Origin: Bugula neritina
Taxonomy: Eukaryota; Animalia; Bryozoa
Direction of reading: 5' to 3'
Assembly (NCBI GenBank): GCA_964035545.1
Contig: OZ037765.1
Location: 10,488,698-10,552,697 of the forward strand
Length of the DNA: 64,000 nucleotides
Below, piece after piece: positions 1-10,840 of the stretch. Position 1 is the first letter of the stretch. The number at the start of each line of letters is the position of its first letter. The notes below the pieces were generated by a model. That model worked only from the letters and a program-made list of their open reading frames with translations, was not told the DNA's origin and ran no database searches. The translations under genes were made by a program, and so were the position numbers.

Positions 1-130
1 ATCAAAAGAGAATTAAACAAACTGCCAACACTGGCTAGATCATTGCAACTTGTATCCAAAACTACTAAAAGAAATTGCTAATAGTATTACTTTTGTTAAA
101 ACTTACACTTAAACATTTTAATACCACTAA

Positions 131-474
131 GCCTAGGGCCACACGGTGCGTATTTTTGCATGCGCAAATTGAAATCACAAGTAGCAAAGGTGTCCACTGT
201 ACGCGTTGAGAAAACATTCGCACTTGTCGCTCAGCATTCTCAACGCAAGTGCAAATTGTCTCTGTCGTCGTCACCTAATTGGCTGGTAGTTATTCATCGA
301 GCCCAATTTCTTTATTTTAGTGCTACATTCCAGTAAATTGCGTTTTATTGAAAGCGAGTGCGATTTAAAAATGAAAGCTTTATTTATCAAGCATCACTGA
401 CGCTACAGTGGACACCTTTGCTACTTGTGATTTCAATTTTCGCATGCGAAAATACGCACCGTGTGGCCCTAGGC
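131..474. mobile_element. MITE, PIF/Harbinger (Tourist-like), in arylsulfatase intron
   Basis: ~70-bp terminal inverted repeats (GCCTAGGGCCACACGGTGCGTATTTT...AAAGGTGTCCACTGTA and its reverse complement ending GGCCCTAGGC), flanked by TAA at 128-130 and 475-477; no coding capacity; related copy at 51796-52182. Confidence 0.85.
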
Positions 475-600
475 TAATAAAGCAGAAAACAATAGCATCG
501 AGTTGAAATTTGTATTATATAGAGGCAGAGACATACTGGTTGTAACGAAACAATAAAGGGGTGTTGAAAAGCTTATGTTGTTGTCAATGTATCCATTTAC

Positions 601-2862
601 CTATCATGGTAGTAGTGATCTGCCTGCCCATTTAGCATTCCTCTAAATGAGTGGAAACCCCTGTTTGTAGGTAAATATCTTGCAGAATGATAACCACCAT
701 GCCATTTACCTGCAAAAGAACTGTAACTTCACAACTAAGCTATATTAACTAAGAAGGAAATGACAATGCTGAAACTTTCTGAAGCGTTAATCGTTTCACT
801 TCACATTCATTATTTATTCTTCATAAGTTGGATTTTTACATAAAGTGCCGGAGATTGACTTAGTGATGAACTGACAGTTTATAATCCACATCAATATGGA
901 TAATGCCTTTAAGTTCCTATAAATACCAATAAGATGACTTCTGTATCCCAACGGCCTAAGCTCTTCGGCAATGGTTGTCTCTGAAAGAGGTATGCCTCGA
1001 GGTCTGCATGGCTCCAGATTTAGGTGCTGTAGGCCAAGATGAGTCACATATTTACCTACGGCAAAGTTATGTGAACATATATCACGCATGTAATTTTATT
1101 ATTAATTGATAATATTGTGTGTATATAATCTACTTAAAGAGCACAAAATTACCAAAACATATGTTTTGGAGCAAATCAGCACAACACAGTTCTCATTTTG
1201 TGAAAAATAAAAGTTATAAACTCCTACATATTTCATAACCAGCAAGTGGCAGGTTAACGTTTAACACACAGTAGCTGTAGATTACAAAGACACGTGCTGT
1301 CTGCCAAATATAAATCAGCTTTCCGTGCAGTCTATCAACTTAGGAGGATTATCGTGATTAATAGCTATGGCATTTCAAATATGAAGAGATTTTTTAAAAC
1401 CAGTGTTATTAATGAGCAAATTTTGCTAATGAGAAAAGTCATGGCGTTAATTCATTTCCTTATGAAAAATGAAGTCTATACATCAAAACAAAGATGGGAT
1501 TAAAACTGCATTCGTAATCTAACAAATCTAACAGTGTCCATAAATAGCATGCAACAACTTCCATAGTACTCTTTGTATTGCTCAAGAATTTCAAAAACTA
1601 ACAATATTATTAAGTTTTCACTTAAAAGCGATCAAAGTTTCTTCAGTTTAAATATTCCCTGATTTTAAAAGGAAGTAGTATGTGGAAAAACATATTTGCA
1701 TTACTTCAAAGTATTTGGGTGTAAAATTGTCTTTGTGAAACAAAATCAAGATAGCCTCTACAATCAGTTAGCAATACCTCATTCTCCCCCTCTCTTTCCC
1801 CCTCCCCTCCCCCTCTCTTTCCCCCTCCCCCTCTCTTTCCCCCCTTCCCTTCTTTTTCCCCCTCCCCCTCTTTTCCCCCTTCCTCTCTCATTTTCCCCTT
1901 CCCCTCTTCTTCTCACTCTCCCTATCTTCTTTTCCGGATGCCTCCTTTCCCTCTCCATTTTATCATAAGGTAGGCAATGAGCAAGTAGATACACAAAAAT
2001 AGATAGATCTTGCACTTGCTGAAACCTGTGAAAAATTATAAGCTTAAATGCAATTGCTAAAAGACACTGTTGGCAGATAAGTACCTGTTAAAAACTGTGC
2101 TCTGGAAGGGCCACAGTTTGGTGCTGTGTAGGAGCTATTTAGTATAACACCATTAGCTGCGAGGCGGTCAATATTTGGTGTAGCTATTTCACTATTTTGG
2201 TAACCAACATCATTCCAGCCAAGATCATCGGCCATTATCATTATTATATGTGGTTTGATTACCACAGTACGAGGTGCAGCTGCTACAGGTGGGCGGGCTT
2301 GAGCTGCTACAGGTGGGCGAGCTTGAGCTGCCACAGGTGGGCGAGGCTGAGCTGCCACAGATGGGCGGGGTTGAGCTGCTACAGAAGAATGGGGTTGAGC
2401 TGCAAGGGGAGGTTGCTGCCCAGTGGATACAACCGGGCGAGACTTTGTTGGTGCAGGCAGACTGGATACAGGAACACGTTGAACAGCTGGAGAAGATTGA
2501 CGTGCTGATGACAAAAACTGACGATTTGGTGAAGTAGGTTGACTAGCTGGAGATTGCAATGATTGAGGAGAAGAATTTCTTGATGAGAAAGGTTGCTGAT
2601 TGGATGAAGAAAACTCAAAATTGTCATCAAAGTTAGAAGGAAAGTCACCAAAAGAACTTTGGCACTTGATGACTGTAACCATTGTTAACACCCATAACTA
2701 AAAGGAAACAAATCTAAAGTAATTATAAAAATCACAACAATTAAACATAAATATACTGTTTCGTCTTTAGTTTAAACAAGTAAAATTTAAGGAAGGAAAA
2801 AGGGAAAAATAGTTTAAGTGCAAGTAAAAATATTAGCTTACCTGAGCGATAATAGTGAACAT
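601..2862 (-). CDS. Arylsulfatase B/I/J-like sulfatase, 5' part (coding exons 2862-2842, 2697-2085, 1055-927, 709-601; continues beyond window start)
   Basis: Phase-consistent GT-AG exons give [19 protein letters not shown] (signal-peptide-like), a low-complexity linker, then [19 protein letters not shown]...[14 protein letters not shown]...[14 protein letters not shown] (CxPxR formylglycine motif)...[11 protein letters not shown]...PTNRGFHSF. Confidence 0.93.
1778..1960. repeat. Polypyrimidine (C/T) low-complexity tract, intronic
   Basis: Almost pure C/T on the plus strand with repeated CCCCTC/CTCTCTTT units. Confidence 0.9.
2270..2410 (-). repeat. Coding 24-bp tandem repeat (8-aa VAAQ[P/A]RPP, ~6 units)
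   Basis: Plus-strand unit GGTGGGCGGGCTTGAGCTGCTACA and variants; translated repeat visible in ORF 2044..2691. Confidence 0.9.
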
Positions 2863-3105
2863 TATATGACAATCTTTGTTGCCCTTCTATAGCTGACAGA
2901 AATGGGAAAAGTTTTTAAGTGCTATACCAGAGAAGGCTATTGAAGCTTGAGATTAAAGAAATTGTAAGCCAATCAATAATGGCTATTTTAAAACATCCTG
3001 TAGATTGACAGTAAGCCATGACATTTATATTTATGTTAGCTTTAGCCAATGAAAGTGGGTATGACAGAATAGAGATCACCAAATAGGTATCCCAATCTCA
3101 TTTTG

Positions 3106-3218
<113 letters not shown>

Positions 3219-3644
3219 GTTATGATAATTTTCATCTTTTTAAATAAAATAATTTTTTCATGAAATATATTTAATGTGATACTTTTTCAAGTATTCTCTA
3301 AGACAAATCATAAATTTGTGTAACTTCTCTTTAGGGAATTAATAGCAGCACTTTGTGAATAAGTGATAATAAAAACCTATTTTGTCTAAAATGCAAATGT
3401 TTCTTCAGCTAAGTATACAATTTAGCATATATAAACTACAAATTAAAGTTTATATTTTTGTGTTAATTGCATATAGCAAATAAAAGTTAATACCCGTTCA
3501 ATGTCATCATTTAAATAATAGTATTTTAAAATAAAATAAAACTCAAACTGCAAAAATGAAATAAGTCAAAAGAGCAGATTAAAAATTGGTGACTATAGTT
3601 GTAGCCTACAAATTTTAAAAGGGCATATATTATCAGTGAAAAGG

Positions 3645-3835
3645 GAGCAGCCATGGTCTAGGGGTTAAAAGGTTTGCTTAGTAAACAAGAAGTCATGGTG
3701 TCACACCCTGACAAGGGTCATTGGTGATGTTAGGAAGAGCATCCAGTCATAATTGCTACTGTGCTCCACCTGAATAAGTCCTTAGCCCGATTTAACAAAA
3801 AACCCTTCCCACAAAGATGGTGATCATAAACTTGA
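3645..3835 (+). mobile_element. tRNA-derived SINE, degenerate copy
   Basis: Aligns by eye with 30770-30980: GCAGCCATGGTCTAGGGGTTA (A-box-like), GCTTAGTAAA, GGTGATGTTAGGAAGAGCATCCAGTCATAATTG core, GTCCTTAGCC. Confidence 0.7.
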
Positions 3836-4152
3836 TTTTTGTATATTATCTGTAAATTAAAGGGAAACTTTGATCATCATCTGGATATATAATACAGCAT
3901 TTATAAAAACAGCAAGCGGATTGATGAAATTATTAGATTGGATAAAGAATAACAATAATGTTTATAATATACCGTGTATGAAATTTCTCATGAAAACCTA
4001 CTAATTGTCTTTAAAAGTGGTATGCAGATAGCAAATGTATGATGAACCAGTGTGTAAAAAATGGCACATAATATTAATCCTCAAATCAGCTTTTCTAGAG
4101 GTCAATGCAAACAGCAACGCTTGTAGATTTTTTAGTAGATGTTTGTTTTAAG

Positions 4153-4278
4153 GTAGACCACCAGCACAGAATAGAGCCACCAGTAGACCACCAGCACAGA
4201 ATAGAGCCACCAGTAGACCACCAGCACAGAATAGAGCCACCAGTAGACCACCAGCACAGAATAGAGCCACCAGTAGAC
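4153..4278. repeat. 30-bp minisatellite, ~4.2 copies
   Basis: GTAGACCACCAGCACAGAATAGAGCCACCA repeated perfectly; explains ORFs 4105..4293 and 4148..4330. Confidence 0.95.
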
Positions 4279-6452
4279 TATCAGTTTTCATAAGAGACAA
4301 GCAGGAGATTAACCCAGAGTAATTCTTCAATAGATTAGAATTACCTTCCCTTGTATAAGTCTAGTGATAACACTTACGAAAGATCGAAAGCGAGCTAGTG
4401 CAATCTAAAGATTTTAAGACAGTTTGTGATAATTAGTAATAAATTTTTTCTAACAAAATTAAGCAAACATGTAAAATAATTATTGTAAAGTTGATTGTCT
4501 TGTAAATTATCGTTTTACAATTGGTATTTACAGTAATTTATTTAATAGCAAGTTTTTATTGCAAGTTGAATAGTAGATATAAAACAAAATAATATAATTT
4601 ATCTTGTGGCTTAGTAAGTTAAATGAATTCTGAATTCGCATATGCACACTGTATGTACATTTTAATAATAAATATGACAAACAGCATCCATGGCTTCGCC
4701 TAGGATAGGAGCAGCAGTGTAGAAATTGAGATAGCCTAATTTCTTGAATTATTTTATTAAATTTTGGTTTAGGGCACCGCTTGAAATCCATAATTTTCAG
4801 CCCCAAAATGATCAGATGAAATGAGAAGTTTCAAGCTTGAAGTAGGCAATTGATTTAATTCTGAATAACAATATTTTATCAGATAAAAATCCAACAAAAA
4901 AGGATGTGAAAAGTAAATCTTTAGAAAATGTTTTTATGTTTTATTGGCACTGCACTTCTCTAAGATGTTTTGCAATTTCTTATTTAGCTAATTTTTTATG
5001 TTAATACACTTTTAACAAATCTCAAAAATATTGATTTATATGTAAGCAATCAGAACCTAACAATCCAACACACCAACTTAATACTTTCAAAGTTCATTGT
5101 TATTGAAATTTGGAATGTCATTATGAGCTAAGAAGCCATTTCTTGAGATTGTTTTGCAAGAGTTAGCTGCTTTGCTAATTTCTAGTGCTGATATTCTCAA
5201 TTTTGCTATTAAATCTGGTTTGTGTTCTACTATTTCTGCGAATACTGTTCCTATCCTAGCCACTGCATCATATTCACTCCTTCACTTTCAGTCTTAGTCT
5301 AACTCTACATGAGTGCATTAGTGCCTTTAGTCAGTTGGGTCTATCAAGATAAAACTTTGGTTATCCAAAGCATCAAGCTTGTTTAGAGGTAAGTAAATTG
5401 TCTTTCTAGCTTCTGATTTTAACAATAGACTGTAGACTGTGGCACACTCACACTCATATTGATACTCATCCGTGGCTGTTGTTGTCATCTATTTAATTGT
5501 AGGCTCATTAGTTGTTGCTATTGTTAGGTGTTGTACTTACTATTTAAAATTAATAAGACTGTTAGTTCTAGACCTGGTGATGTGATTATTGTTGTCAATC
5601 ACAGATCATTTATTTTTAATATAATTTTCAGAATGGGTCTCAATTCTAATTTTACAATTTTGTTCTAATTAAAGGTTGTCTTCTAAAGTTTAATGGTTTT
5701 ATAGCTCCATTTGTTTCTACTGATAACACAACAAACAAGCTGCTCTAGTAGTGTACAATTTAAATTTTGTTGGGCCCATGTCTTCCTGTGTTACAGATGA
5801 AAGTTTGCATTTCTTGCAAACTGGTTTCCATGCAGCACATAAAATAGGATTTCAACAAATGATCTTTGTGTACAGAATTTTATTCCTTTGAGCAAAACAA
5901 TACTAACAGAGAAGTTTAGTAGCTCTTAGCCATGAGAAACAGATAAAAATATGATAAATTACTGCCTGTGCTGATGTGAATTTTTAAAGCTGTATTAAAC
6001 CTAATCTGCATGTTTGAATGTTTGGAATGTTGTGAAGCCATTTACAGTTTTTAATTACACAGCAAACATTTTTGATTCTGTTTTATCTCTAATATTTTGT
6101 TGGTATTGGATTTGTTTTCTAGACATAACCTTTAGAAGTACAGTTAAACTCCTTTATTGCTAATCAAACTTTGTTTGGTTTTTTTATGCAAATTGTATGT
6201 CTATACAAGATGTTTTCATATATTTTAGTTCAAAGGAGATGATTCTACAAAAAGTAACAATGACCTCCTCACAGCTATTACAGTTTACAAGTTTCACCTT
6301 GTTCAGAGAATTCTGGCCTTGAATACGGTTAAATATTAAAAAGTATGTCCAGACATGCTGGTCCATCACACACATAAACACACAGTTTGGTTCTGCATCT
6401 CGATTAGCTATGCTATCATATACATGAACTCTCACTGCACTTATTTTATATA

Positions 6453-7088
6453 CAGTGCTGTGAAAAAGTTTAAGGACATTTGCAGAAATGTTTATGTATC
6501 TTGTTTAATAGGCATTCCATGTAAGTTCTTTGCCTTTTCCTGCAAGTTCTATATAACAAAATGACTCTTGGAATGTGCACTACAATTTCCACCTCATAAC
6601 TTCCTAATGTTGTGATGTTTTCCATTTATTTTCGAGCTAACTACACAAGCAGCTAAGGAAGCCCAACTCCTATATTTTTATGTTCACAAAGCTTATCGCT
6701 TTTTATAACCACAGAAGGCTAAACAGTAAAATTTGGCTTTGTGCATGGCATCATGATATATCATAAAGCATGATTTCCCTCCATAATTTGAAATTTGTCA
6801 TTTAGTGGTGAGCTTTTACTTGGTGTCCACTTGGATGCTGTGCATAGACAGAGTGAGAGCTGTAAATCTTACTTCAGAAGCAAGGTCTGTAATAGTTTTC
6901 TTGCATAAGGAAAATTATTCAATTAGGAAAATATCTGAAAATGTTGGCAAAGCAAAGACAACTGTACATTAAATTGTCAAGAAGTTTATGGAGACTGGCA
7001 GTGTAGCAAATCGACTTGGAAGCGGACGACCAAGAATAAGCACACCCAGAGAGGACAAGGCTCTCATTAAGACTTTTTCACAGCGCTG
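6453..7088 (+). mobile_element. Tc1/mariner internal-deletion derivative (copy 1)
   Basis: TA|CAGTGCTGTGAAAAAGT ... ACTTTTTCACAGCGCTG|TA terminal inverted repeats with TA target duplication; remnant transposase N-terminus IVKKFMETGSVANRLGSGRPRISTPREDKALIK (GRPR motif) abutting the right TIR; no DDE domain. Confidence 0.88.
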
Positions 7089-7198
7089 TAATTGCAGCCA
7101 AAATTAAAATGCTTCTAGGATAACCAATGCTCTTTAAGACATCTGTATGGTATACATACAAAGATCACGAGGGGCACATTGTAAAATACTGTGAGGGA

Positions 7199-8710
7199 TT
7201 ACTTAGCTGACTCTCTGGGAGATTTCTGCATGTAATAGCCAGCTGCATGATCTGCAACAACCTGTCCTATATACATTTTAAAGGAACATAATATACATGC
7301 ATGGCAGCCAGAGTTGACAATTGAATCACATGTCATGGCATCAGCAGTGCTCAAAAAGTCATCGTAGATGTTAATCATAGCCATCGCCAAAAGAGCTTTA
7401 CGTAGAAGTGCAGTGGACATTTACTAAAACCAACAAACAATAAAATAACAAATTCAAAAGAAAAACCCATTTCAACAGAATTGACAGATGCACTACAAAC
7501 ACTGCTTGTTACACCTACCCTAGGTGGTAAGTCTTTAATACCCATGAGTTTGGAAATGTTCGACTCAGATTTATTAGGTAAACCAGCGAGAACCCTGAAA
7601 GTAGCTCTAAGAATCAAAGTCTCTTTCAGGTACACATTGCCATCTTTCAGCATCATTTGTTTATCAAGATAGGGTAGCACAGCATTATATTGTCTGACCT
7701 CAAGATGGTAACATACAACTTGGAAGGGAGTCCTACCAAATATATTTGCAGAATAAGTTTAAAGCATATTATATAATTTTAAAAAAGTCTACAGACTTGT
7801 AGCACACTAATGCACGGCGCTGAGTATACAGATATAAAACAGGAGAAGCTTAATAAAATTGCAAGTAAAATTGCAAGTCTCATAGTTATAAAACATAGTT
7901 TTGATTTTTGTTGACGATTCTGAAAAAACGGAAATAAGAAATAAACAAGAAACAATTTTTGGGTGCTGCTTGTAAAAAAACAAAACTGATAGAACATATT
8001 ACAAAATAGTGAATGCTTGAAGAGTTTCTATCATTTTACTGTAGCTGACAACAGCTATTTCAGCATCTTTTTCTATGGTTAGGATAAGAGATTGCTTAGC
8101 GAACTCATTGGGTGACTTCTGCATGTAATAGCCAGCTGCATGATCGGCAACAACCTGTCCTATATACACTTTAAAGGCACATGATATACATGCATGGCAG
8201 TCAAAATTGAAAAATTGCTGCTGGGTTTGGCCATTCTTTCTAAGATACATGCATGGTCTCCATGCAAACGTTCCAAGGAATGCAGTGTAAAACACTGCAA
8301 CAAGAAAAGACGACTCCATTCTTAACCTAGAAAGTAGCTGAAAAAACATGAGCATGTTAAATTTTTTGGCCGCTTTATATTTTCTAATCTCCGTATTAGC
8401 TTTTCCTCTTCTTGTGTATGCTTTCTGATAAGTGCGGTCCCACTTTATTGCTTCCGTGCAATCTGCCACCACAGTTTTCCAATTCTTTTTATGGCAAACA
8501 CGAAATGTTGGCAAACACTAAGCGATCTACCTTGCAGTCGTTCGCAGTTGCTCGATTCTGGTACAGGACAGCCAGAAGTTTCACCTCTTTCTTTGGACAG
8601 AGTTCTAAAGCCTTATTGTATGAGTTTAGAGCCTGAACGTAACGTTTCTTTTTAAAGAACTCGTTACTTTGTTCCTTAGCCTTGATGACCTGAGAGACCT
8701 CGTTAGAGGT
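7199..8710 (-). pseudogene. TOM70-like TPR gene remnant (copy 1), intron-containing and rearranged
   Basis: Exon 8710-8531 KAKEQSNEFFKKKRYVQALNSYNKALELCP...LYQNRA, then NWKTVVADCTEAIKWDRTYQKAYTRRGKA (TPR1-3); exon 7732-7519 ...YLKETLILRATFRVLAG resembles the EALLLRATFYLLIG segment of animal TOM70 (from memory); the next exon opens with an in-frame TAA (7423-7421); no N-terminal transmembrane anchor or C-terminal TPRs found. Confidence 0.72.
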
Positions 8711-10683
8711 CTACAAAATAGACTGAGCTTTCATCCTAATCAAGACTAGATTAAATTGCATGCATGGAGTAAACTTCTACAACATTGATAAGCCTTTTGC
8801 TATGAACGTTTATGCTAACGTTTCTTTACTAAACATCTAGATTCCAAGTTCGGGTATAATTTTGAAAAATTACTTACCCATTCTATTGCATGCTCAAGAG
8901 ACCACACTGTTTATATACAACTATGACAGATTGCTTATATGCCATGAAGCGCTTTAGAAGTGCTTCACTTGGCAGCAATAGATTTTATAATGACTCAACT
9001 AGCAAAAGAATCATTTCAAGAGTTCGAACACAAATAAAATAATTGCGAAGTTGTCTGTTATCTGTTTTCTAAAGTTCAACTATATTACTTGCTAAAGCAT
9101 TTCAAAACTGTTGTTAATTTAACTTTGTAAATCAAATATTTTCAAGAGCCAAACAAGACTTTAAATTTTGTCCTGTATATTTTACATGTTTATTGCCTGT
9201 GTTAACTAAATTTTATATACATTCTATGTACTATTGTTAATATAAATAAATTAGCTTTTCCTGAATAAAAAACTTCAGAGTTATTTGTAAAGAAGTGCAG
9301 CACCAATACGAAAATATGAAAACCAATTCTAAATCGTTATGTTACTGTCTTTTTATTTTTGTTTTACAATGCACTGGTGAATTGATATATAACGAAAACA
9401 TTGTAATTCAAAATTAGGTCTTGCTTACTTCAAGCTTGAAATGTTTGCTCACTCTGAGGTGAAAAATGTTTTTATATTACCTTCATTTTATATAACTCGT
9501 CTTTAATACAAAATTGGATATATAAATAGTTATGTGCTTTCTATTGGATCATCTGGAACAACCCAAGCTATTGCATAAAACACTACATGGCTAGCAGGCA
9601 TGTGCTCAAACTATCAACTTCTAACAGCAAGAATCTAGGCTATTGTGTGATTGGTCAGCTATTCAGAGTGGTGAGGTGACAGGCAGAACATATGATTAAT
9701 GGGATTATACCCTTGCTGCTACCCAGCATTACTCAATAAACAAGTGGCAATGATCAAGTTCATTTTTCCAAATTATTAAACTACAGATATGTGTGCTACG
9801 ATCAAAGTAAATATCATCTAGATTCTAGAATAGTAATCTGATTGGAAATTAGTTTTAATCAGCAGTTAAGCATCTAATTGTGTATAGCTTACACAATTCT
9901 ATAACCTTTGGCAACGTTCGTCATTGCTGCTATAATGTTAGAATATTGTTGCATTGCTTATTTTAGTAGGAGGCATTGAAGAAATGCAACAATTTCAATA
10001 TTCAATATTAATATTATAATATTATTTACCATAAAATTCAACTCTACACAGCTTAAATGTAAGTAGAATTTATTTGCTTCAAGAATTTCACATAATAATG
10101 ACAGCGATAGGCAATTTAAAGCATCTCTTCCCTATAACATTCCCAAATTTATTGGAAAAACTTGCAAACAATTTTGCCAAGTTTCAGGATTGTCTATTCT
10201 GTTGAAAATAAGATTTGCAAGTTCCATCAAACGGAACAAAGATGGGACATCTGAGAAGGTCAGAGTTTCTCTCAGTCAGCAAGGCAAAGGGGTCTACAGG
10301 TAGTAGCAGCAACTGAGAATGTAGAATGTAGACGTCACTCTGCTATGAGACTTACATGTGCATTGAGCTAGGAAATATTTCTATAATATAATACAACTCA
10401 ATCTATGTACAGCAGCTGTTTCAGGGTTTTCTCTTGTCAGTACAGAACAGAGCACCATGGGTTTTGGAGTTTGAAATTTACTCAAGCAGCCCCAGGATTT
10501 GCAAACACATTCAATGTAAGCAGCCGTGAGAATTGCTTGACAATCAACACTTCTTTCTAAGTATAATATAGTAGTATGTATCAGGGGTGCATGGGCAACC
10601 CTTATGACCTATTTTCTGTTGCTTTTCTCTCTACTCTTGTTTTATTTTGCCAAACTAAACACTATTATTGCAAACAGATAAGG

Positions 10684-10840
10684 TATGTTTGTTTGTTTGT
10701 TTGTTTGTTTGTTTATTTCATCAATATATACATAAAGTAAAAAGAATACAAGGGATCACCCAAAGGAGGTAATGATGAGGCCCAATGGTTCGCCATAGCA
10801 GAGGCTAGTGAAAGCGCCGGCCTAAAATAATTAACAATTA
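10684..10840 (-). mobile_element. Probable 3' end of a non-LTR retroelement with a (CAAA)n tail
   Basis: Minus strand reads ...GATGAAATAAA(CAAA)n, i.e. a poly(A) signal followed by a tetranucleotide tail; lies in the segment present only in duplication copy 1. Confidence 0.45.

Noticed and set aside
1696-2015. Pro/Leu- and Gly/Arg/Glu-rich ORFs
   Set aside because: Translations of the C/T tract inside a sulfatase intron.
4105-4330. Repetitive ORFs and a CRISPR-like appearance
   Set aside because: Perfect head-to-tail 30-bp repeats with no spacers, in eukaryotic context with no cas genes.
7779-7997. Signal-peptide-like ORF MRLAILLAILLSFSCFISVYSAP (also 14872-15090), suggesting a small secreted peptide
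   Set aside because: Falls in a predicted intron of the TOM70-like remnant, stops after ~34 codons, and its hydrophobicity comes partly from a short CTTGCAATTTTA repeat.
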